DNA from: Candidatus Bathyarchaeia archaeon
Lineage (GTDB): Archaea > Thermoproteota > Bathyarchaeia > Bathyarchaeales > Bathycorpusculaceae
Direction of reading: 5' to 3'
Assembly: GCA_050010755.1 (NCBI GenBank)
Contig: JBEKKK010000003.1
Coordinates: 1-64,000, forward strand
Length of the DNA: 64,000 bases
Position numbers and translations under genes: made by a program. The number at the start of each line of letters is the position of its first letter. Within the stretch, counting starts at the first letter, position 1. Below, piece by piece: positions 1-9,793 of the stretch. Below the pieces are notes generated by a model. It was not told the DNA's origin. It worked only from the letters and a program-made list of their open reading frames with translations, and ran no database searches.

Positions 1-1966
1 AGATTCCTCCATTGGTGTTTCTCGTAACGTTGTTACCGCTAACAGTGTTGTCTGAAGAACTGTAGAGATCGATGCCAGCAAAGCCGTTTGCCGCAACATA
101 GTTCCCGCTAACAGTGTCGTTCGAAGAAGAGAGAAGATAGATGCCGTAGATGTTTGCTGTAATGTCGTTACCTTTAACAGTGTTGTTTGAAGAATTGTCG
201 AGATCAATTCCTTCATCGCCGTTTGCTATGGTGTTTCCGTTGACAGTGTTGTTTGAAGAGGAGGCAAGGACTATGCCCTCATTTGTGTTTGCTGTTGCAG
301 TATTTCCGCTAACAGTGATGTTCGAAGAAGAGAATAGATAGATGCAAAAAGAAAAGCCTTGGATGTTCGCGTTTTCGATCGTCACGTTGTTTGAGCCACT
401 AAGGCTCAGTCCGTATCCGGTCTGATCACCTTGCACCGTGTATCCCGTTCCGTCAATCCGGATGTTGTTTTTCTCGACAATGATTCCGTTGTAAGCCGGG
501 TAGCTGATGTTTCCCATGAACGAGTACGTGATGTTATCAGGGCTGAATATGGGCGCATACGAGGGGACAATACTCCCGTCGTTCATGATGTAGACAGTTG
601 GACTCACTACTGTGACGGAAGCGTTGTTCGACTGAACGCTTGCCGCGGGGCTGGCACTGTCATTCACAACAGCGTAAACCGTCCAAGAATTGGGCAATGA
701 TGGCGTAAACGTCCAAGTCGGGTTAGTCGCGCCAGAAACGGCAGTACCGTTAAGATACCACTGATACGCATATGGTGGAGTACCGCCAACAGCGTTTGCA
801 GTAAAGATTTGATTCCGTTCAACATTCGCTACAACAGAGCTGGGCGAAACAGATACGGAAAGGGGCAACGGTTGAAAAGCATATACATTATCGTCATATG
901 ACCCAACGAAGACCATAGTATTTGCAACGGCAGGTGAAGAGTAAACTGAGGAGCCGCTTGTGAAATTCCATATGTAAACGCCGGTAGTTTCATTCAGAGC
1001 ATAAACCTTGTCGTCCATTGAGCCTATGAAGACCATACCATCAGCAACAGCAGGAGAAGAAAACACCGAAGAGCCAGTTGTAAAGTTCCATATGTAAACG
1101 CCGGTAGTTTCATTCAGAGCATAAACCTTGTCGTCCATTGAGTCTACGAAGACCATACCATCAGCAACAGCAGGAGAAGAAAACACCGAAGAGCCAGTTG
1201 TAAAGTTCCATATTCGCATGCCCGTTGTAGCATTCAAAGCGTAAACATTATCATCATATGACCCACTCCACGTAGGAACCGGTAGTGAAGTTCCATATGC
1301 GAGCTCCACTGGTTTCATTCAGAGCATAAACCCTGTCGTCCATTGAGCCTACGAAAACAACACCGCCAACGACAGACGGAGAAGACTCCACATGAGAACC
1401 TGTTGTGAAGTTCCATATATGGGCGCCGGTAGTTTCATTCAGAGCATAAACCCTGTCGTCATATGAGCCTACGAAGACCATACCGTTAGCAACAGCAGGG
1501 GAAGAGTCCACCGAAGAGCCGCTTGTGAAGTTCCATGCATACGTTCCAGTAGTCTCATTCAAAGCATAAACCCTGCCGCCCTTTGAGCCTACGAAGACCA
1601 TACCATCAGCAACAGCAGGAGAAGAAAACACCGAAGAGCCAGTTGTAAAGTTCCATATTCGCATGCCCGTTGTAGCATTCAAAGCGTAAACATTATCATC
1701 ATATGACCCAAACCGGTAGTGAAGTTCCACAGAGTTTGGTACATTTTTGGCGCTTTTGAATTTGAGTATCCAGTGTGGTTCAAGTCGTGGTGGAACATGG
1801 GCCACCAGTCTATTGGGTCTGTGATGGAGTGCCCGGCAGAAAGTTCAGATGCTCCACGAGAGTTGACCATGAAAGAACTACTTGCAGGAAAAATCGAGAG
1901 CAAAAACATTGTAACCACTATTAAACCAGCAACGAATATGAAATCAACTATCGGTTTTCTCTTCAT
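1..1966 (-). pseudogene. Secreted/surface protein: signal peptide + PQQ-type beta-propeller repeats + Ig/PKD-like segment + NosD-like parallel beta-helix repeats; two frame breaks (~1710, ~1265); runs off the window start
   Basis: ATG 1966 (MKRKPIVDFIFVAGLIVV.. hydrophobic), WWPMFHHD motif and 40-aa repeats WNFTTGSSVxSSPAVADGMVFVGSxDDxVYALN. By hand translation the frame continues from ~1264 towards 1 through GGTPPYAYQWYLNG and NxVSGN beta-helix repeats. The breaks may be assembly errors. Confidence 0.75.
900..1730. repeat. 120-bp tandem coding repeats (PQQ units), including an exact 122-bp duplicate at 1144-1265 / 1589-1710
   Basis: WNF-encoding anchor at 962, 1082, 1202, 1287, 1407, 1527, 1647 and 1721; spacing is 120 except for 85 and 74. 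Confidence 0.9.
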
Positions 1967-2201
1967 TTCTCCCTTCTCCCTATTAAGTGCCTGCGCGCCC
2001 GTGCTTATAGAATTTTCCCCTATACAATATTGGATAGCGCCGCTAGCCTTAGGGAGAATTTGCGCGCGCGCCAAGATTCGTTAGCCTTTGTTAGCCTCGC
2101 TTAAAGTATATGCTTAATGCCAAAAACAGCCTACCAAAAGCCTTAAGTGTGTTCATCATGTTATGGTGCAGTGTCAAAAATATGTAAGGTGTTGAAGAAG
2201 A

Positions 2202-2720
2202 TTGGCAGTTGAAGGTTTCACAGGAAACAGACAACCTGTAGACGCAAAGGTCGGCGAACTGAGTCCCTCATCGCGAGCTGTAAACGTCTTGGCCAAAGTT
2301 GTGTCCAAGAGCGAGATAAGAAACATCACAGCCGGAAGAGATGGCGAAGCGCACAAAGTGAGCGACGCTCTAGTGGGCGACGAAACAGGATGCGTATACC
2401 TAACCCTATGGGATGACAACATCGAGAAAGTGAAAGAAGGAGACACGGTTAACGTCAAAAACGGCTACATTAACCTGTTCAGAGGCAACATGCGGTTAAA
2501 CGTCGGCAGATATGGCACTCTGGAAATTGCGGAACAAGCACTCGCGGGTGAGGTTAACACTGAAAACAACGTGTCAAACCAAGTGTACGAACAGCCCCGA
2601 AGACCGTTCAGAGGCGGTGGCGGTGGTGGAAGAGGAGGCTACGGTGGAGGAAGAGGCGGGGGCTACGGCGGCGGCGACAGGGACAGACGAGGCGGCGGCT
2701 ACAGACAAAGGAGATATTAG
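2202..2720 (+). CDS. ssb: Single-stranded DNA-binding protein (single OB fold, crenarchaeal SSB/RPA type) with RGG-rich tail
   Basis: VGDETGCVYLTLWD OB-fold motif, NGY..LNVGRYG, C-terminal GGRGGYGG tail; TTG start. Confidence 0.85.
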   Translation: MAVEGFTGNRQPVDAKVGELSPSSRAVNVLAKVVSKSEIRNITAGRDGEAHKVSDALVGDETGCVYLTLWDDNIEKVKEGDTVNVKNGYINLFRGNMRLNVGRYGTLEIAEQALAGEVNTENNVSNQVYEQPRRPFRGGGGGGRGGYGGGRGGGYGGGDRDRRGGGYRQRRY

Positions 2721-2897
2721 ACACAAAAAAAGAGCTTGTCTTAATACCTTTCCAGCTTCATTTTTCTTGATTTTCTTTTTTCTTAACAAAGAAGTCAAAG
2801 CGCCAATTTCTACTGTGTGTTTCCATGCAAGCTTACCGTAACATTTAAAGCTAAATGTCTCGAAACATCAACTTCTTCTTTAGAGGAGAAGATTACA

Positions 2898-4280
2898 ATG
2901 CCGCAGATTAAGAAGGAAGAAAGAAAACCCACAGTGGAAGAGTTGTTGGCAAAGGCAAAGAAACCCTCATTGCTATCGCCGCCACTGCACAGATTCTATG
3001 AAGGGAAGGTGCAGATAATGCCCAAGTGCGCAGTCTCGAGCCCCGCTGATTTTGCAATATGGTATACCCCTGGCGTAGCCGCTGCATGTAAGGAAATTCA
3101 AGCGAATACTGACAAATCGTTTGAACTTACGAACCGTTGGAACTACGTGGCTGTCGTATCGGACGGAACGCGTGTTCTCGGACTGGGTGACATAGGCCCT
3201 GAAGCAGGATTGCCAGTGATGGAGGGAAAAGCCCTGCTGTTCAAATACCTGGGCGGTGTTGATGCCTTTCCAATCTGCTTGAAAACCAAGAGTCAGGAAG
3301 AGATCGTCAGAACATGCGAGCTTATCCAGCCAACGTTTGGAGGGATAAACCTAGAAGACATAGAAAAACCAAAATGCTTCTATGTTCTCGAGAAAGCCAG
3401 AGAGCGACTTCAAATTCCAGTTTGGCATGATGACCAACAGGGAACTGCCACCGTGATTCTTGCAGGACTGATGAACTCTTTCAAAATCGTTGGTAAAGAC
3501 CCAAAGAAAGCAATGATAACGTTGGTAGGCGCAGGTTCCGCTAACATGAGAACAGCGTACGTCCTGATAAGATGGGGAATCAAGCCCGGGAATATAATAC
3601 TCGTAGACACCAAGGGCACCATCTATCCAGGAAGAAAAGACATTAAAAAGGACGAAGACCCATGGAAATTTGAGTTAGCTCAGAAGACAAACGCAGAGCA
3701 CAGAATTGGCACCATAGCCGATGCCTTCAAAGGCGTCGATGCTGTCGTAGCAGCGTCAAAGCCTGGACCAGACACCATAAAGAAAGAATGGATAAGAACT
3801 ATGGCTCACGACTCCATAATATTCGCATGCGCAAACCCAATTCCTGAAATCTGGCCATGGGAAGCTAAAGAAGCAGGAGCAAAGATCATAGCCACAGGCA
3901 GAAGTGACTTTCCCAACCAAGTGAACAACAGCCTTGGATTTCCAGCCATATTCCGAGGAGTGTTAGACGTCAGAGCAAAAACCGTTACGGATGACATGTG
4001 CATTGCAGCCGCCCAAGAACTGGCCAAGTTTGCCGAAGAACGCGGAATGAATGAAGAAGACATCCTGCCAAGAATGGAAGAATGGGAAGTTTTCCCACGC
4101 GAAGCAGTAGCATGCGCCTTGAAGTCCATTGACGAAGGAGTTGCACGAATCAAGCCCAGCAGAAAGGAACTCTACGAAAAAGCCACCGCGATAATTAAAA
4201 ACGCACGAGAATCAGTCAAAGTCCTCATGAAACAGGGTCTAATCAAGCCGATGCCTCCCGAAGACAAACTGTTAAAATAG
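2898..4280 (+). CDS. NAD(P)-dependent malic enzyme
   Basis: YTPGVA, DGTRVLGLGDIG, VMEGKALLFK, INLEDI, HDDQQGTA, ATGRSDFPNQVNN; ATG 2898 after GAGGAG. Confidence 0.95.
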   Translation: MPQIKKEERKPTVEELLAKAKKPSLLSPPLHRFYEGKVQIMPKCAVSSPADFAIWYTPGVAAACKEIQANTDKSFELTNRWNYVAVVSDGTRVLGLGDIGPEAGLPVMEGKALLFKYLGGVDAFPICLKTKSQEEIVRTCELIQPTFGGINLEDIEKPKCFYVLEKARERLQIPVWHDDQQGTATVILAGLMNSFKIVGKDPKKAMITLVGAGSANMRTAYVLIRWGIKPGNIILVDTKGTIYPGRKDIKKDEDPWKFELAQKTNAEHRIGTIADAFKGVDAVVAASKPGPDTIKKEWIRTMAHDSIIFACANPIPEIWPWEAKEAGAKIIATGRSDFPNQVNNSLGFPAIFRGVLDVRAKTVTDDMCIAAAQELAKFAEERGMNEEDILPRMEEWEVFPREAVACALKSIDEGVARIKPSRKELYEKATAIIKNARESVKVLMKQGLIKPMPPEDKLLK

Positions 4281-4391
4281 CGAGGGAAACAGGAAATAGA
4301 AGCATTCATGCCAAATTCTCCCTTTTTTGTGTCTAAAATTCAGAAAATTATTTAAACTCTTACGTAGAACATAGGGACGGGAGAAAATAAC

Positions 4392-4973
4392 ATGCGACTA
4401 GATTACGTATTGTACGCAGTTGCAATAGTGTTCTTCATAGTAACCATCGCGGCGGTCGTATACTCGACAGCTGTAGACCAGCAAGTTTGGGTCGTCTCAA
4501 CCGTCGTGATAGGACTCGCATTCATCGGAGTGGGCTACACGCAGAGACCCAGACAAGCGACAGCCCCACAAATGACAACAAGCGCCCCTCCACCTCCACC
4601 ATCACAGCCTCAGCCACAACAAGAGCAGCAACAGCCGATGCAACAAGACCAACCGATTCAACAGCAACAACCGATACAACAACCGGAAGTAACAACCGCA
4701 ATCGCACAGCCAACAGTCACGGACGTTGTGAAAATGGAAGAGCCCAAACCAGCCGTCGAGCCTATTCCGCCTGTTCAACCTGAGGCAGGGGGACTCACCG
4801 ATGTCAAGGGAATCGGGGAAAAACGTGCCAGCCAACTTAGAGCATTGGGAATACTCAGCGTCAACGACCTGTCAAAAGCCTCAGCCAAAGACTTAGCAGC
4901 AAAACTTGAAATCTCACCGAAGATCACCGACAAATGGATCCAAAACGCAAAGGAAATCGGACAGAAACAGTAG
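4392..4973 (+). CDS. Membrane protein: 2 TM helices, Q/P-rich linker, C-terminal helix-hairpin-helix (DUF4332-like) domain
   Basis: Two hydrophobic N-terminal segments; LTDVKGIGEKRASQLRALGI HhH motif. Confidence 0.8.
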   Translation: MRLDYVLYAVAIVFFIVTIAAVVYSTAVDQQVWVVSTVVIGLAFIGVGYTQRPRQATAPQMTTSAPPPPPSQPQPQQEQQQPMQQDQPIQQQQPIQQPEVTTAIAQPTVTDVVKMEEPKPAVEPIPPVQPEAGGLTDVKGIGEKRASQLRALGILSVNDLSKASAKDLAAKLEISPKITDKWIQNAKEIGQKQ

Positions 4974-5001
4974 CGCTACGTCCAAGCGAATCCAAGCGAG
5001 T

Positions 5002-5265
5002 CTAAATCTTCAAAACTCTTACTATGTTCCTTCTTTCCAGTCTCTTTATGGCGTCCAAGAACTCGTTTCTCTTCTTCCCAGTCAGTTTAAAGGTTCGGAT
5101 CATTTCTGTCACAGGCATTCCCGAACCTCCCAAGTTGAGGTTCCTTCTGTAGAGATTGTTCACTATCGCCTTTTCGAGTTTTCCGCATCTCCACGTGGTG
5201 TTGCGGATCAGAACCACGATGGCTCTGACAAGCCTCTGGCTTTCACCTTTTTTGCCTTTGGTCAA
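5002..5265 (-). CDS. Small basic hypothetical protein (possibly winged-helix-like)
   Basis: 87-aa ORF filling the gap between neighbours. Confidence 0.6.
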   Translation of the reverse strand: MTKGKKGESQRLVRAIVVLIRNTTWRCGKLEKAIVNNLYRRNLNLGGSGMPVTEMIRTFKLTGKKRNEFLDAIKRLERRNIVRVLKI

Positions 5266-5360
5266 ACCTTCTCAACACCAACATGAGACGGAAAAGTTAT
5301 TAGAGTTTGTGCTTGCAACAAGTAAGTCCTGAATTGCATTGAAAAGGAGATATAAAACTG

Positions 5361-5783
5361 ATGGTGACAGGAAAAGCTGGAAAGATTGTTTTTTCACGTT
5401 TGCTTCAAAGCGAGGATGTGTTTGAGTCCATAAAGGACAGGGCAGAGAAATGCGGAATTCGAGCTGGTTTTTTTGTTCTCATCGGAACCGTGAAACACGC
5501 TGCGCTTGGATTCTACAAGGACGGCAAGTACGAGACAATACGCCTGGAAGGCCCTTTAGAGGTAGTGTCATGCACGGGCAATGTTGCCGTTGACGAGAAA
5601 GGCGAAACTGTTATTCATGCGCATATTGTTGTTTCAAACGAGAAATGTGAGGCCTTCGGGGGCCATTTAATGAAGGGTTCAGAAGTTGGTGCAACAGCCG
5701 AACTTGTCATGGTTGAAGCTGTCGACGCGAAAGTTCAGAGAGTCCACGACGAGAAAACTAACCTAAACCTTTTGAAACTTTAG
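5361..5783 (+). CDS. PPC/DUF296 domain protein
   Basis: LEVVSCTGNV, HAHIVVS, FGGHL motifs; AGGAG upstream. Confidence 0.9.
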   Translation: MVTGKAGKIVFSRLLQSEDVFESIKDRAEKCGIRAGFFVLIGTVKHAALGFYKDGKYETIRLEGPLEVVSCTGNVAVDEKGETVIHAHIVVSNEKCEAFGGHLMKGSEVGATAELVMVEAVDAKVQRVHDEKTNLNLLKL

Positions 5784-6231
5784 GCAATATCTTCCTCAAG
5801 TATATTCCATCAGCCTTTCCATAATAGTTCTGAAGCCTCCCGATCTCTTCGTATCCCAGCTTGCGGTAGAGGCCTATGGCCGCCACGTTGCCTTCCTTGA
5901 CCTCAAGAAGACAGACTTGAACGCCCTTCTGGACGAAAATTTTCTCCATTTCCTCCAGAAGCATTTCCCCCACCCCTCTCCGACGATAAGAAGGTGAAAC
6001 GTCTATCGTGAGTATATGACCATTGATTGTTTTTCTGTCCGGATATATCATTGCCACAATGAATCCGACAATCTCCCCATTTTCCTTGGCCATCAAACTT
6101 ACGGAATTGTAATCAGTTAACAATAGAGAAATCTGCTTCTTTGTGAAGGCTTCCTCCACGAAGCATTCTTTCTCAATTTGATATAGTCTTTCGAGACTCT
6201 TTATTGATGCATCTTCCACTGTTAAAGTCAT
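5758..6231 (-). CDS. rimI: RimI-like GNAT N-acetyltransferase
   Basis: GHILTIDV, RRRGVG, LEV..GN..AIGLYRKLGY, NYY. Confidence 0.85.
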   Translation of the reverse strand: MTLTVEDASIKSLERLYQIEKECFVEEAFTKKQISLLLTDYNSVSLMAKENGEIVGFIVAMIYPDRKTINGHILTIDVSPSYRRRGVGEMLLEEMEKIFVQKGVQVCLLEVKEGNVAAIGLYRKLGYEEIGRLQNYYGKADGIYLRKILPKVSKGLG

Positions 6232-6433
6232 GAACACATCTCTCAAGATTAGAGAATAGCGTAAAATTAAGGCTTGCCAATTTGCTTGTTGCCCACTTTG
6301 GCCTTTTTCTCGTTCCAGAGGTGTTTATCCGTAGATGAAGTTGATGGCGCGTTGGTACTAACGAATGACAGCTACGAAGTTTTTGGATCATCATTGTAGA
6401 AACTTAAGGCATGAGCAAAGGGCTTGCTGAGCG

Positions 6434-7324
6434 TCAACGCTCAGGTTTTCTCGCCGATACGATGACATGCGAGTACTCGTCACCCTCGACCGGAAGCATA
6501 TCCATCGGATTATATGGCCACAAACCAGAATACGTCTTCTCCGTCTCATCAAGTATCAACCCTGCCTTCGCTAAAGCGTCTTTCAATCGTTCTTCACTGG
6601 CAATTTGCCCGTAGCCGAGCCGTTCCGCGATTCGCATGCTTTCTGATCCATCTTCATACCATAGGGAGGCGAAAAAGGCCTGGCCTCCAGCACGTAGAAC
6701 TCGGGCGCATTCCTTGAGCGCCAGCGAAGCTTCAGGCACGTTGTCAAAACCGAAAAACGAGGAAACAGTCGAGAACGCACTTTTCTTGAAAAACAAGTGT
6801 TTGGCATCTGCAACGACGAGAGAAAGTTTGTCGTAAGTGCCGGCTTTCAGGGATCTGTTCATCAAGCCCCGCAACGGCCTTTCATCTACGTCCGTTCCTA
6901 TCACTTCAGAGTCTTCAGAGGATTTTTCGAGCATGGAAAGAAGAAAAGTGCCCATTCCACTTGCAACATCCAAAACCGTATTGTCAGATTGAAGGCTTGA
7001 ACCGCTCACATATTCGGAAAGCTTTTCCATCATTCTCTTTGTAGCAGCTTTCTGATCGTCCCTAAGGTAGGAGTCATATTGTCGCCTTATTTCTAAGTAT
7101 TTCTTCTCATCTGCCACGTCAACTTTCCACTCAAATTCCTTCTCAGATAGTTTTGCGTCTTTGAGAAAACCAATTTGCTCCTTAACCTGAAACACGTGCC
7201 CTGAAGAACATTTGAAACAACCGTCAACAAAACGGTTGCCGCACATCGTTCCTTCAAAGACCAGAGAGCCAAAACAGACTGGACATGCAAGCAACTTTCC
7301 AAGCTCTTCATGCATACTGGTCAC
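6434..7324 (-). CDS. Class I SAM-dependent methyltransferase with N-terminal Trm112-like Zn knuckle
   Basis: LLACPVC..C..GH, VLDVASGMG motif I, ADAKHL, RVLRAGG. Confidence 0.85.
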   Translation of the reverse strand: MTSMHEELGKLLACPVCFGSLVFEGTMCGNRFVDGCFKCSSGHVFQVKEQIGFLKDAKLSEKEFEWKVDVADEKKYLEIRRQYDSYLRDDQKAATKRMMEKLSEYVSGSSLQSDNTVLDVASGMGTFLLSMLEKSSEDSEVIGTDVDERPLRGLMNRSLKAGTYDKLSLVVADAKHLFFKKSAFSTVSSFFGFDNVPEASLALKECARVLRAGGQAFFASLWYEDGSESMRIAERLGYGQIASEERLKDALAKAGLILDETEKTYSGLWPYNPMDMLPVEGDEYSHVIVSARKPER

Positions 7325-7568
7325 AGTCTTAAAGTAGTTGTACCAGTTTCTAAGACTTTCTTATCCAACAGCGTAGAGTCTCAACGAAAGTGCTGTTAGC
7401 GAATAACATTATGACTTACTACTTAATCTCTGATACTTGGAACGGGGAAAAATGTTTTTTCCATGGACAGAGACGGTTAGCTTCGGCGCCAACGAAACGA
7501 ATTGTGGAAGTGGAAAAGCGTGAGCGCGTACTTAAATAGAAAAATCGCTGATTAACGGTCGAAGAGGG

Positions 7569-8579
7569 ATGACCTTAATGGAGACTTTCAAAGAGATTGA
7601 TATCAAACAAATTCGCCCAAGCAAGCTTAACCCTAGACTGGAGGTTAACATAGAGCGTCTCAATGAGCTGGCTGCTAGCATTGGAGAGGTTGGTCTCCTT
7701 GAGCCGATAATTGTCAGGCCTGTGAATGGAGAATTTGAGGTCGTAGTTGGTGAGAGGCGTTACAGGGCTTGCCAGCAGGCCGGTCTTGAAAAGGTGCCCT
7801 CGATAGTACGCGAATACGCCGACGATGAGGTCGTGCAACTGAATCTAATAGAAAATGTGCAAAGAGAAGAACTCAGCGCCATCGAAAAGGGAAAGGTCTG
7901 CAAGTATTTACTCGAAGAATCCCCGAACAAGTACCCCTCGCAAAAAGCCATAGCTGAGAAAATAGGCGTGAGTCCTGAAACCGTTTCCACCTGGCTGCGA
8001 ACAAACGAAGTAGTTCCGGAAGAAGCACAAAACTACGTAGCTCCCTCAACCATTTCGGGAGAGGTGCCAGAGGGAAAAATCGATTACCAGACCGCAGTGA
8101 GAATTGGAAGATCAATACAAGAACCAGACAAGCGCGTTGAGATCATAAGGAAGCTTGCAGAAAAACGACTCCCCGTCAAAGACAGAAGTCAAGTCATAGA
8201 GAGACTCATGCTCGAACCAGAAAAATCCGTTGATGAAGCAATCGAAGAAGTGTCCGAGTCACCCATTACGATGCACTTCACTGCAGAAGACAAGAAAGGC
8301 ATTATTGATGGCACTAAAACTCAAACATCAATGACAGAAGTACCAGATCAAAAACTCAAGATCGGAGCCCTAGTTCATGCTGCAATCTGGGAACCTAACA
8401 TCGCAGACCTGCATATCACTTCAGTGGAAAGAAAGAAACTCAAATACTTCAACGAAGAAGATGCCAAAAGAGACGGCGGCTGCACTCTCACGCAATTCAA
8501 GAAAAAATGGAAGGAAACCAAGGGACAATGGGACGAAGACCAACTTGTCTACATAATTAGATTTGAAAAAGCCAAATGA
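7569..8579 (+). CDS. ParB/Spo0J-family protein with HTH and C-terminal ASCH/PUA-like domain
   Basis: LAASIGEVGLLEPIIVR, VVGERRYRA, IENVQRE, HTH SQKAIAEKIGVS; C-terminal I.DGTKTQT..EDAKRDG..F..W..VYIIRF resembles ASCH. Confidence 0.85.
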   Translation: MTLMETFKEIDIKQIRPSKLNPRLEVNIERLNELAASIGEVGLLEPIIVRPVNGEFEVVVGERRYRACQQAGLEKVPSIVREYADDEVVQLNLIENVQREELSAIEKGKVCKYLLEESPNKYPSQKAIAEKIGVSPETVSTWLRTNEVVPEEAQNYVAPSTISGEVPEGKIDYQTAVRIGRSIQEPDKRVEIIRKLAEKRLPVKDRSQVIERLMLEPEKSVDEAIEEVSESPITMHFTAEDKKGIIDGTKTQTSMTEVPDQKLKIGALVHAAIWEPNIADLHITSVERKKLKYFNEEDAKRDGGCTLTQFKKKWKETKGQWDEDQLVYIIRFEKAK

Positions 8580-8715
8580 TTTTCCGAGTGTCGTACAAAC
8601 GATTATCTAGAGCGCGCTGGAGCCCAAAACATCGCCGCCAGAATTATGAAGTAAGCAAAGTGGCTCTTGGTACGACTTCGATGCATGCGATTAAGTCGCC
8701 TCCTTGAAGGTTGCT

Positions 8716-9225
8716 TCATACTATGTATTTGTCCGTCTTTTCAAAGTTTTTAACGATCTCCATGAACCGCTTCGGAACACTGACGCCTTCCAAGGGTATT
8801 CCCTTGAGCAATGACCAAGGGCTTTTCACCGCGACCTGAGTGACGATATAATCCTCGCCGAAGCATTTGCTAGCAACCTCCACGACCAAATTTCGAACAG
8901 CCACTTCAGAGAGTTCGCCCAGCGTGTGCAGATATTCATGCACCAAAAGATTGTAAACTAGAGCGTTCACCACGCGTTTGGACTCAACGGCGGCCTCAAC
9001 TATCTGGACCAAAACACGGTTCAAAACGATGTTGTTCGTGCCCACGGGATGATAAGCCCCCAACTGAACAGGCAAATCATCCAAGAACAGCATTATGCCG
9101 CTCCTACGTTTGTGCAACGCGAATTCGACCGTGCCCTTCACGATATCCCACACCTCACCGTAATTCGCCGCAGTCTCTAACCGCCTTCTGTAACCCTCGA
9201 ACACGGACGGCTTGCTTTCAGCCAT
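8716..9225 (-). CDS. Hypothetical zincin-like protein (HEXXH)
   Basis: LLVHEYLHTLG; GAYHP. Confidence 0.7.
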   Translation of the reverse strand: MAESKPSVFEGYRRRLETAANYGEVWDIVKGTVEFALHKRRSGIMLFLDDLPVQLGAYHPVGTNNIVLNRVLVQIVEAAVESKRVVNALVYNLLVHEYLHTLGELSEVAVRNLVVEVASKCFGEDYIVTQVAVKSPWSLLKGIPLEGVSVPKRFMEIVKNFEKTDKYIV

Positions 9226-9315
9226 GAAACAGCTCCTCAACCGAATCAAAGTTCACATGAATCTTATATGGAGTGCGGACACTGCAGCCTTTAAGTACAA
9301 GAAAAAGCTTCAGGT

Positions 9316-9771
9316 TTGGAAGAGGCTCAAACCTTGACAAAGGACGATGTGAAGGAAATCCTCAGCAAGTACAAGACCGTCGCCGTCGTGGGAGCATCAC
9401 GCGACCCCTCCAAAGACAGCCACCGCGTGGTCAAGTACTTACAAGAGCAAGGATTCCGAATCATACCCATCAACCCTACGGCGGACAAAATTCTAGGCGA
9501 AAAATGTTACAAGAGCCTCCTGGAAATACCCGCTGATATCCAGAAAACAATCGAGATAATCGACGTTTTCAGACCCTCGTCAGAAACACCCGCCATAGTG
9601 GAACAGGCTGTCAAACTCAAGGAACGCTACGATAAACCCTACGTGATCTGGATGCAACTAGGAATCATCAACGAACAAGCTGCGGAAACAGCGAGACAAG
9701 CAGGAATAACAGTAGTGATGAATCGGTGCATGATGCAGGAACACCGCAAGCTATTCCCGAACTCTTCATGA
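9316..9771 (+). CDS. CoA-binding protein (YccU-like)
   Basis: VAVVGAS, IIPINP, DVFRPS, IWMQLGI, VVMNRC. Confidence 0.9.
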   Translation: MEEAQTLTKDDVKEILSKYKTVAVVGASRDPSKDSHRVVKYLQEQGFRIIPINPTADKILGEKCYKSLLEIPADIQKTIEIIDVFRPSSETPAIVEQAVKLKERYDKPYVIWMQLGIINEQAAETARQAGITVVMNRCMMQEHRKLFPNSS

Positions 9772-9793
9772 CTGGTTCGTTCAGCAGTCTTAT

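Noticed and set aside
900-1730. 120-bp periodic repeats as a CRISPR array or DGR template/variable repeat
   Set aside because: The units are in-frame PQQ coding repeats without unique spacers, and no reverse transcriptase is present
4580-4700. CAA/CAG-rich repeat
   Set aside because: Simply encodes a Gln/Pro linker
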